In this document: positions 1 through 12,600 of the stretch, piece after piece
Position numbering within the stretch: the first letter of the stretch is position 1
Layout of the letters: each line of letters opens with the position of its first letter
Origin: Octopus sinensis
Lineage: Eukaryota
Length of the DNA stretch: 64,000 nt
Direction of reading: 5' to 3'
Assembly (NCBI RefSeq): GCF_006345805.1
Contig: NC_042997.1
Location: 88,660,001 to 88,724,000, forward strand
Translations under genes and position numbers: made by a program
Notes under the pieces: model-generated
Told to the model about the DNA's origin: nothing
The model's database searches: none
The model's input: the letters and a program-made list of their open reading frames with translations, nothing else

Positions 1-488
1 TATATACACTTTTGGGCGATCTTTCTGCTACTTGGATATAGGTCTTATATTCGTCTTAAAAAACTTTCCTGTCACACACTCACGCACACACACACACACA
101 CACCCTCACACACACACACACGCTCACACACACACGTTAGCTTACAATTTTATTTATATATTTGCGTGTCTATGTGTGTAAAGAGGAAGTGGCAGAGTGA
201 GAGTCACTCACTACAAAAAGTGAATTACTTTCACTTTATTCATTGCACACTGTGTGTGCGTGTGGTGTAGGCCACACTAAGAAAAGCATTTGACTTAGAC
301 ACCACAATGTGAGTTTTCTCTAAATTTTGCTTAATTGGGGTTGAAATTTTAAAAACTGGACCTGGCACGACCCGATGCATTCTACTCTTAAAAATGCTAG
401 GTAAATTGTAATTGAAGAAATCCTATATTGTTGATTTCTATAAGATACAAAGGGAGGCAGATAAAATCTGCCTTTTATAATAAGAGAT
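1..488 (+). mobile_element. 3' part of a non-autonomous Helitron/Helentron-like repeat with internal (CA)n
   Basis: Hairpin AGGCAGAT-aaa-ATCTGCCT (455-473) about 15 nt before a TTTTATAATAAGAGAT end; internal microsatellite. Class assignment is inferred. Confidence 0.35.
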
Positions 489-719
489 ACTCTGAAATAT
501 GGAGTTAACCACTACATTTGATGATAGATTTTATTTTTATACAATACCCCTTATACAAATGCTGGGTAATTGTGTATTTTCTCCACAACAAGACACCCAT
601 GCTTGTCCTTGGTAAAATATCATCTCTCCACCTCAAATACTCCTCCCCAATTTAGTTGAAAGGGCTTTTTCCTTTTCTTCTTTCTCCTTTTCTCATTCTT
701 TCCTGTCTTGCAAGTTATT

Positions 720-912
720 TGGTGACTTCACTAGTGCTGGTGGCATGCAAAAAACACCCAGTATATACTGTAAAGTAGTTGGTGTTAGGAAAGGAATCCA
801 GCTACAGAAATCATGCCAAAGCTGACATGGAGCATGATGCAGCCCTATGACTCACTGGATCCTGTCAATCCATACCAGCATGGAAAATTACATTAAATGA
901 TGATGATGATTA
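720..912 (+). mobile_element. 3' end of RTE-type LINE/SINE with (ATG)n tail
   Basis: Shares ...ccagcatggaaaa...cattaaatgatgatgat with related copies at about 36305-36620, 43205-43790, 51415-51900 and 55320-55590. Confidence 0.6.
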
Positions 913-1060
913 TGAAGGTGCAATGAAATCACAAAAGCAGAATTTAGATTATTCCTAACATATTCACATGAGATGTTATTTTGTTCATAGACTTGGCTTT
1001 TACACTTCAAGGCTCTTGAAGATGTTGTTAACTTAGAGAAAATATTCTGTTCCTTTCAAT

Positions 1061-1758
1061 TGTCTCCTCCCTCTCCCTTTTCTATTGCTACAATAATTGC
1101 CTTTGCTCCTTGGAGCAGGCTAATCTAATACCACCTCCACTCAGGCTTCCCGGTCTCATTTGTCTCTCCGCCTTTCATCACCTTTGTATCCAATCCTCCA
1201 AAGCCTTAATCACTATACCCAGTTCTTAATCCTTATTAAACCTTAATTCTCCAGCCTTAATCACTATACCCAGTTCTTCCTTCCCAGAAGGACAATTCTT
1301 TATGTAATGCATTTGTTAAATTATATTGGATTGATGGAATCCGGAATTAGACAAAATGCTTTGTGTTACATCTCTTTGCAGTTTGACTTTAAATGCTGTG
1401 AAACTGATTTTGCTTTCCATCCTTCTAGAGTTTTTATTATTGGGTCTAAAGGAAAGGGCTCTACTTATGACCTTTATAGGCCCTCCTAGATCGGTGGGTT
1501 TGTTGCTATTACTATTCCTCTCAAATCTTTGTACCTCAACACCTGTGGAAAAGACATGAACAGAGAGAATTGTCCTTCTGGGAAGGAAGAACTAGGTATA
1601 GTGATTAGGACCAGCTTTGGAGGATTGGATACAAGGGTGATGGAAAGAGGAGAGACAAGTGAGTCAAGGAAGCCTGAGTGGAGGTGGTATGAGTCCAGCC
1701 TACTCCAAGGAGCAAAGGTGATTATAGTAGCAATAGAAAAGGAAGAGGGGGGGATACA
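1061..1758. repeat. Long inverted repeat: arms 1061-1299 and 1566-1758
   Basis: Arms are reverse complements over about 190 bp (by eye roughly 85% identical). The left arm also carries a roughly 51-bp tandem duplication (1202-1278). Confidence 0.9.
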
Positions 1759-2132
1759 TCTGTGGACTAAAGATTGAGTGTGTTGGGGATTACCTCTATG
1801 TTAATCAGTTGGGTAGCCACTTTCTGCATGCAGTTTAGAATATCAGTGGGTACAGCAGTAACTGTTCCAGATGCAAGAGCAATACTCTAGGATGGGCTAA
1901 TATAAGTATTAATCAATTACTCTGGTCAATTCAATCAACTGTTCCCTTTTTCTCCAAAATGTATGTCCATAACCTCCTGTAAGAAATTGTTATAAAATCA
2001 TATTACTTACTTCATTAACTGAACTGATTTCTTCTTTTGTTAAATTTAATTATGGACACAAATTTTTGGTTAATAAGTTTCATCTAGTCAAATATTTCGA
2101 ACATGAAGACAATGACAAATTTGCTTGATAAC

Positions 2133-2170
2133 TTTATTATTATTAACTTATTTGAGAAGCAAGATTTATT
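2133..2170 (-). terminator. Candidate AMDHD1 polyadenylation signals (AATAAA at 2170-2165 and 2138-2133)
   Basis: Two AATAAA hexamers about 150-190 nt after the stop. The motif is common in AT-rich DNA, so usage is unproven. Confidence 0.4.
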
Positions 2171-2322
2171 TTAAGGACATAAACAGCCATTTGGTGTAAT
2201 TCTAAATCTGTTAAAATCTTCATTGATTCCTTGTTCCATATATCTGGAAATGTTTGTGAAGTTGCTTTCTATATTTGTCTCCTTGCATTGTTGTAAGTAT
2301 GGTTGCATGGTTGTAAGTGTGA

Positions 2323-2434
2323 TTAATATTTTGAAAGGTTTGAATTGTGCTTATCTACAACAACATTGCCATGAACAATAACATATTTTATCAAGTCTGT
2401 ATAACAGCCCATTTGATAGATCAAATGTTCCCAT
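2323..2434 (-). CDS. AMDHD1: AMDHD1 exon 8 ([36 protein letters not shown])
   Basis: ttacag|A TGG GAA CAT; WEHLIYQ motif; TAA at 2325-2323. Confidence 0.96.
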
Positions 2435-5339
2435 CTGTAAGGAAAGAAAAGAATTGATTAGACAAGATATTACCTTATTCTATAAAATGCAGGACGCAAA
2501 AACAGAAATTCTCTCAGGTTTATGTGTATTAAACTCTGTTTCCATTGGTGTTAATTTACTGAAATCATAACTATGAGAAGAATCATTAGGCTATTGTTTT
2601 TGGCATATCTTAAAGAATAATAATACTGCTGGTGATGAGTTGCAGGGACCCACTTAGACTTCATCATAATGAGCAATAAAGGGAAAACTTTCTGCTACAA
2701 GTGAGTTGAAAGAGCATAAGAATCTGTGAAGGCCCATCTCTGCTGAGAAAAATAATGAATTTTACAAATTAAGATATGTAACTTAAATTTAAATTTCTGT
2801 TTTACTCTTTAGAATTGGACAGTTTTTTTTTTACCTTGTTATTTATGGATTGTTATTTGAATGTGAATGAAATTTCACTCATGAATAAAAGCTACCCGCC
2901 TCTGGTCTACAACAATATAATCTGGCAAAAAAAGTTAAACCACAGATGAGTAAGCAAACAGAAAACTTCTTTATCTTACATTGATATTGTGTCATGCAAA
3001 GTTATTATGTTCTCAAGGTTTAGCTTCTGTCGGTACAATATATATCTAGGCCACAGATATTGTGCAGTGCTGATAAAAGAATGTAAGTTACCGACTCTTA
3101 ACTGACAGTCCAACAGCCTGTTATCTCAGTCAAAACTCTAATGCCACCTGACTTGAATGAATGAGCCTTCAGCTTGGCATCTTACCAAATTGGGCATTTG
3201 TGATACTTTATTAGGAAAGGGAAATGTTTATTTGTGTTGATTCAATCAACATTATATTTGAATATCAAAATTTTGCTCTTACCTTGTTGCTTTTATCAGA
3301 ACTAAATTTGCAACTTTCCCAGGAACCAAACTTCCATGAGTGGTAGACTTTCCCAGAGCTTTAGCTGCATTGATTGTTGAAGCTACCAAAGATTGTTGGA
3401 GACTCATTCGCAAGTTGACACTAGCCAAATGCATTACCAGAGGCTGAAAATTTTTTAAAAAGGCATAATCTAAATTACTTGTATGTACTGAACCCCACCA
3501 AAGAATATTTACAAATCTCTTACTTTCAGCATGTCAGTGTACAATATTGTAGTATGTGATATTCTTCTCAACAAACACATTTATAAATAAATACATAAGT
3601 GTATATAATTACATAACACAAATACATATATGTAGATACATGTATGCATGTATGACTACATAAGGTTTTGGCTTGGCATCACTCACCAAGTCCTTTGTGA
3701 GCCGCTCTCCGGCTATCTATCTGCAGCTTTATATAGCTATGGTAAGACCTCACCTGGAATTTGCATCACCGGTCTGGAACCCCTATCTTGCCCAGGATAT
3801 TAATCGTCTGGAAGCCGTTCAGTGACGTGCAACCAAAAGAATACCTTCCATCAGGCATTTGCTATATTCTGAACGCCTTACTTCCCTGGGCATGGACACA
3901 TTGAAACTCCGACGTCTGGCAGCTGACTTGGCAGACACCCATAAAATTATTAACCATCTTACAAACAATAACTCTGAGCACCTTTTCAAACTCCACCTGT
4001 CTAACACCCGTGGACATATTTACAAAGTCAGAAAACAGCACAGCTCCAATGACTTTAGGAAACATTTTTTCACGCTGAGAGTTACTGAAGCATGGAACAA
4101 ACTGCCGGCATCAGTTGTTAGTTGTCGGAGCACTGCATCCTTCAAAACTTCCATGCTTTCTGAGATTCGCCAACACTACACCTGATTTTCTTCCTTCCAT
4201 AAACACACAAGCATGTATCTGACTCATACATTGTTCGCTTTCCAGACATTTGTACATTACTGCATATACTTTATATGCACTTTCTGACAAGTTGTGGTAC
4301 ACCTGAGCACTGTATACAATAATTTCATTATTATAACATGATATTTATAATAGATATGTAGGTCAAGGTGGAACAACACATAAACAGGATTTGAATTTAA
4401 TACCTGTCTCTTGTTTAATGGTTCTCTTCCTAATTACACTATACTGATTTCACACACATACATACACATCTGAGTGAATTATGTTAGTTTCTTAATTGAA
4501 AACTCTTAGTTTAATCAATATAAGTAACTGCTGGTTATTGTTGTTGTTACTTCACTACGGAAGCTAGTAGTTCTTCCATTTCAACAATCTGATGATTGCA
4601 ACTGGTAAAAGAATATGTATAATATATATATATATATATAATATATTATATATATCTATATATATATTATTATATCTATATATATATATAATTATATATA
4701 TATATATATCTATATAATATATATCTATATATATATATATCTATATATATATATATATCTATATATATATATATCTATATATATATCTATATATATATCT
4801 ATATTATAATATATATATCTATATATTATATCTATATATTATATCTATATATATATAATCTATATATATATATATCTATATATTATATAATTATCTATAT
4901 ATATATTATATCTATATATATATATATATCTATAATATATATATATCTATATATCTATATATATATATATATCTATATATATATATATATATTCTATATC
5001 TAATATATATCTATATATATATATATATTATATCTATATATATATTATATATTATATCTATATATTCTATATATATATATCTATATATAATATATATATA
5101 TATATATATAATATATATCTATAATATATATATATCTATATCTATTATATTATATATATATTATATATATCTATATATATATCTTATATATATATATATA
5201 TATATCTATATATATATTCTATCTATATATATATATATATATATATTCTCTATATATATTATATATCTATTAATATATATATATCTATCTATATATATTA
5301 TAGTATATATATCTATATATATATATATATATATATCTA

Positions 5340-5387
<48 letters not shown>

Positions 5388-5660
5388 TATATATATCTAT
5401 AGATATCTATAATATATCTATATATATATATATTATGTGAAATAGAAAGATTAATAATCTTGTTGTAGATTAATCAAAAGTTAACCGATACCTTAGTAGC
5501 AAAAATCACAGCAGTAAACAGCACGGTTGGAGGTACACCATCTGGCGTTGCAACCGTGCGTTGGTGCGGATAATTGAATTAAAACATATTGGTGAATTGA
5601 AGAAATGGAGCTGAACGCAGATTGAACAGAAATCGTTATATATATATATATATCTATATT

Positions 5661-5697
<37 letters not shown>

Positions 5698-6132
5698 CTA
5701 TATATATATATCTATATATATATATATAATATTATATATATTATAATATATATATATATATTCTATATATATATATATATTATATATATATATATATTAT
5801 CTATATAATATATATATAGTATATAGCTATATATATATATATATATATATATCTATATATATATATATATATATATATAATATCTATATATATATCTATA
5901 TATATATATATATATATATATCTATATATATATATATCTATATCTATATATATATATATCTATATATATATTATATATATCTATATATATAATATATATA
6001 TATATCTATATAATATATATATATATTCTATTATATATATATATATATATATATATATCTATATATATATATATAATATAATATCTATATATTATATATA
6101 TAATATCTATATATATATAATATATATATATA

Positions 6133-6185
<53 letters not shown>

Positions 6186-6539
6186 ATATATATCTATATT
6201 ATATATATATATATATCTATAATATATATATATATAATATATCTATATATATATATATCTATATATAATATATCTATATATATATATATCTATTATAATA
6301 TATATATATATCTATATATATATATATCTATATCTATATATATTATATAATCTATATCTATATATATATATATATATCTATAATATATATATAATATATC
6401 GATATATATCTATATATATATATATATATATCTATTATATATATAATATATATATATATATCTATATATATATATATATCTATTATAATTATATATATTA
6501 TATATATTATATATATATATTATATCTATAATATATATA

Positions 6540-6574
<35 letters not shown>

Positions 6575-6577
6575 ATC

Positions 6578-6627
<50 letters not shown>

Positions 6628-7152
6628 CTATATATATATATATATATATCTATATATATATATATATTCTATATATATATCTAATATATATATCTATATT
6701 ATATATTATATATCTATCTAATATCATATATATATATCTATATATAATATATATATATATATCTAATATATATATATATTATATATCTATATATATATAT
6801 ATATATATATCTATATATATATATATATATATATCTATATATCTATATATCTATTATATCTATATATATATATATATCTATATATATAATATAATATATA
6901 TATATATCTATAATATATATATATCTATATATATAATCTATTCTATAATATATATATATATATCTCTATATATATATATATATATCTATATATATATATC
7001 TATATATCTATATCTATATATCTATATATATATATATATCTATATATATATAATCTATATATATACTATATATTCTATATATATATATATATATATAATA
7101 TATCTATATATATATATATATATCTATTATATATATATATATTATCTATATA

Positions 7153-7196
<44 letters not shown>

Positions 7197-7488
7197 CTAT
7201 ATATAGATATATATATATATATATATCTATATATATATCTATATATATATATATATCTATATATATATTATATATATATCTAGATATATATATATCTATA
7301 TCTAATATATTATATATATATCTATATATATATATATATATATATCTTATATATATATATATATATATATATCTATCATATATATATATATATATCTATC
7401 TATATATATATATACTATATTATCTATTATATATTATATATATATATCTATATATATCTAATATATATCTATATATAATATATATTAC

Positions 7489-7520
<32 letters not shown>

Positions 7521-10413
7521 TCTCTATACTATTATATTATATATCTATATATATATATCTCTATATATATATATATATATATCTATAATATCTATATATA
7601 TCTATATATATATAATATATATATCTATATATATATATATATATATATCTATATATATATATATATCTATATATATATATATATATATATCATATATATA
7701 TATATATATCTATATCTATCTATATATATATTATATATATATCTATATATATATATATATATATCTATATATATATATATATATATATACATCTATATAT
7801 ATATATATATATATATCTATATATTATATATATATATCTATCTATTATATATATATATATATATATCTATATATATACCGGAGTAAACACATAAATGTGA
7901 AACAGGTGGAAAAAAGAGTACTCAAATACCAGTGGTAGAGTAATATGCTTTATTTTAAGCAGCAGAAATTCAACAAAATCTGTTACTCTGAGTTTCTCGT
8001 TGCTGTTCATCAGACAGTTTTTGCTAGAATGGAACATATATATAATTCAATCTATACTCTTACAAACGCTACACCTTTAAAAAGAAATGGACTTGTTTGA
8101 TTGGCCCTTTAGAAAAAACGGTCAATCTTCGAGCGATAAACAAAAAGGTCAAAATATATGTATATATATAAAAAACTTATAAAAATTATAAAATCCGAGG
8201 AAAAACCTATTGCCGTTAATGAAGACAGTACAAATTAATGCATAGAAATTAACCTGTTATAAATACTGCAATACATATATTAAAATCCACATATATATAT
8301 CAACATACACAAAAGGATGCGCGTAAACGCCATACATACATATACAGACGTATGAATATGAATCTAAATTATACACATAAAAGCATGTGTACATATATTC
8401 ACGCAAACCATCTCGCACGCAAGCTAAAATTCATCTATGTAGCAATTCTCATATACTGAGCAAGGAGGGGAACGAAGAAAGGGAAAGAGAGAAAAAGGAA
8501 CGAAGGAGGGGTGGGGAAAAACTTGTAGCGATATTATTGGCATCTATAGAGGCCAGTATACATACACAAGTTTGAATTGATACATATACATACCGTCGTG
8601 TGTATGCGTGCTTAAGCACAAGCATACTTTCACTTACACATACACAGATACGCATGCTTACAAATACATATGCTTTGCTATACACAAACTTATATAAACA
8701 TTCTAAATTTGACAACATTGCTTTTTTTAAAAAAACATTGCTTTTAAAAAATGGGTGCATTAATAAAAAATATATACGAAAGACATATAAAATAAAATAT
8801 AACATCCTATTTTGGTCATTTATAAATAATCAAGGTAATATAAATAATCAAGGTAATCTTATGCAATACAATAACATGAAAACAAAGTTTGTAGGTTTTT
8901 CCTAATATATATGTAGAAACAATAAGACTTTGCTATAGGTCCGTCGTAGCGCTCAAGAGTCAAAATCAAAATCAAAAAATCAAAATACAAAAATATACTC
9001 TATCCATATGGTATATTTATATTCGACATTTTAAATTTAGCCGCGTGCCTACATAAGTTCATTAACTCACTTCTTTGATTCAAAGAATTATTGTCTTTGA
9101 ATAATATGTGCATTTTCTCTAATAAGCAAAGCTTGCACTTGAAATTATATTTGTAAGCTCCATGCCTGTATGGTGCCGCCCTGTCCAGAATGCTCCATGT
9201 CACGTTGAAAGGTGGGGCTTCCTTTTCTTTTAGTTCCCAGACATATTTTGCTAGGCTGGTTTTCTTCTATTCTCTGGGTATTTAATGAATTCTTATGAGA
9301 ATAAAATCTTGTTTTAAATGAATTTTCTGAAGCCCCTGTGTATGTCTTGTATTCCAATGAGCCTTCCACTTGCACCTTGGCTCTATAAACTACTCCTTTC
9401 ACTAGACATTTCCCTTCTAACGGACAGGAGCTTTCGTTTTTGAAATTACATTTCTTAATGGGCTCGGCACCATGTCTAATCTCAATTAGCTTCCTATTAT
9501 GTTGGCTAATGTAAGAGGCGAAATTTCTGCAACAAGAATAGCTAACCTTCAGGGTTCTTCTATTAAATATTCTGTAGAATTTATGACCCTGCTTAAAATG
9601 CTTAGAGACTAATCTCAAAAATTCCTTACCTATATTAGTCTTTACGGCCAAATTGAAAGCCGGGTTGAACCACAAAACTTTCCTGGTCCTAGTTCTTCGT
9701 GCAGCATTATTATTAGCATTAAGCTGGTTGAACTGGATCTTCTCCGAGAATCCACTATTCTTTAATGCGCTATCGTAATAAGGTGCAGCATTATGGAATG
9801 CTGCCTCGTCCGAAGAATTGAAGATATTCTTCTACCTACATTGCTGACTAAGTTGCTAAGGATAACTGGTGGATGGTTCGAATCTTTGCTAATATACGAT
9901 AGCTTTTCATTGGGCTTACGGAAAGGTTTAAATCTATCCGATCTTACATTAAAATTTACGTCTAAAAAATCTACACTATTCAGGTTAGTATCTATCGTAA
10001 TCCGTAAGCCCATCCTTTGAAAGAAAGCTATAAGGTCCTTCCTAAGTCTATCTGATTCATGGCCGTTTAGATTATGCGTGGCTATAAGGCCGTCATCCCT
10101 ATATAGACCTGCATCTATAAATGGGAATTCTAATGCCAATGAATGGGACCAGTGGCCTTTGTTTACATAACTGGATTTATGCTCTTCTGAGTGATATCTG
10201 CCAATCTCATGAAACAATGTTTATTATATAAAGTGTTAATATTGATTATGATTCCTCATTCTACTGTATCTAGAGTTATGAAAACTGTTTAACTATATCT
10301 GAGATAAGAGTTAAGCATATAACTGTTTTAGTACATCCATACCCTTTGGTGACATGTACCTTGTGGTATATTTGATACATACATACATATATATATATAT
10401 ATACATGTATATG

Positions 10414-10455
<42 letters not shown>

Positions 10456-10491
10456 CATACATGTATATATTATATATATATATATATACAT

Positions 10492-10522
<31 letters not shown>

Positions 10523-10561
10523 CATACATACATGTGTATATATATATATATATATATACAT

Positions 10562-10619
<58 letters not shown>

Positions 10620-11511
10620 ACATGTATATATATGAGGTCTGATCAATAAGTATCCGGACTGTGGCTATAGTAACAAAGCTAAACCACGCAGTGTGAAGCC
10701 ACATGGCACAGAGTGACCTTGAACCCAGCTGTGCATGCACACTAAGTTTTGACATTCTAGCTTATTCCGCTGTTTACAGCAGTGCTTGGAAGGAAGGTGT
10801 GTAGTGTGTAATCATCACATTGACCACAGGAGTGAAAGTTGTCATGGCGATACATGCTCAGAGGTCTATGCAAGTTGCAGAAAGTGTATGGAGAGGAGCG
10901 TATGAGTTGCATACAAGTGTACGATCAGTTCAGACATTTCCAAGATGGCCGAAAATATGTAGATAGTGATGAATATTCTGGGAGACCCACAACCAGCAGA
11001 ACTGGGAAAAACATTACAGATGTGCATGCAGCTGTGAGGGGAAACTGTCGATTCACTATCCATGAGTTATCAGAGGACGTGCAGATTAGTTACAGTTAAG
11101 TTCAGTTGATTATCACTGAAGATTTGGGTATGAAACACGTGTTTGCCATGTTTGTGCCAAAACTGCTTTCAGTTGACCAAAAAGACACTCGGGTTTCAGT
11201 TGCACAAGATTTCCTTGATTGTGTTAAAATGATGAAAACTTTGCATAGGTCTCTGAGCAGGTATTGCTCAGCTTTTGGCAAAATTTGATGCAGATTCTCT
11301 GCTAACTTTCTCTGTCATGGTCAATGTGACAATCGCACACTACACGCCTTCCTTCCAAGCACTGCTGTAAACAGCAGAAGTGTGCTAGAATGTTAAAATT
11401 TTGTGTGCATGCACAGCAGAGTTCATGGTCAATGTGTGACAAGCTGCTTCACTCTCAATGCTTTAGCTTCCTTACTATAGCAACAGTCCGGATACTTATT
11501 GATCAGACCAC

Positions 11512-11545
<34 letters not shown>

Positions 11546-12565
11546 TTTATAATTAGGGTTCAGCAAAGATTTGCTTCGCCACATACCGAAGTTTAGAAAT
11601 AAACTTCGGTATGTGGCGAAATAAACTTTGGTTTTTGCCTGCGTGGATTGTTTTCAAGTACTTTGGTTTTTCTGGGAGCCCCTTTTAAAGTAGAAGGAAT
11701 AGCTAAGATTTTTTGACTGCTATTTCTAAACTTCGGTATGTGGCGAAGCAAATCTTTGCTGAATCCTAATTATAAAGTATTACTTAAGCTTACCATGAAA
11801 TGTTCTTTTTCATGCCAAATTCTACTTGGTGAAATTACTGATTACTTCTTGATTAATTAATTTTACCCTTTGTTATTATTGATAATGGAATTTTTCTCCC
11901 TGATAACAAACTACAGTTTCTCTCTGTAGCATCTTACTTGGCAACACGCTAATGGGCAGGGGAAGGTGATGAACTCTCATTCGTATTTTGAATTTGGCAG
12001 CACTAGCACTGAATATGATCTCTCTGATACCGTTAGGTAAAGAAATATTTTCCAGTGCCTTCGAATTTAATATTTAATAATCTATATTTGAGGAATCCCA
12101 CACTGATGAGCCGAAAATGGTCGGGTAAAGTATAATTATCTATTCTTTATACCGATCTAATTCCAAAACGAGCGTACATGGGTAACCTAATATCGATTGA
12201 TTTTCATTATTTTTCCCTTTTGCCTGCATGGATTGTTTTCAAGTACTTTGGTTTTTCTGGGAGCCCCTTTTAAAGTAGAAGGAATAGCTAAGATTTTTTG
12301 ACTGCTATTTCTAAACTTCGGTACGTGGTGAAGCAAATCTTTGCTGAACCCTAATTATAAAGTATTACTTAAGCTTACCATGAAATGTTCTTTTTCATGC
12401 CGAATTCTACTTGGTGAAATTACTGATTACTTCTTAATTAATTAATTTTACCCTTTCTCCTTCCCTTCTTTCCTGAGCGTCAATAATACTTTAATTGTTC
12501 CACGTCCTGCGTTGCTGTGTTTTTTTCTTTTTTTTCTCTTTTTTTTCTGTGTTTCTTGTTTGGAT

Positions 12566-12600
<35 letters not shown>

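Noticed and set aside
10276-10755. Several 75-159 aa ORFs rich in IYIY/YICM (also 21528-21848, 60144-60335)
   Set aside because: They are translations of (TA)n/(TACA)n microsatellites, not genes.
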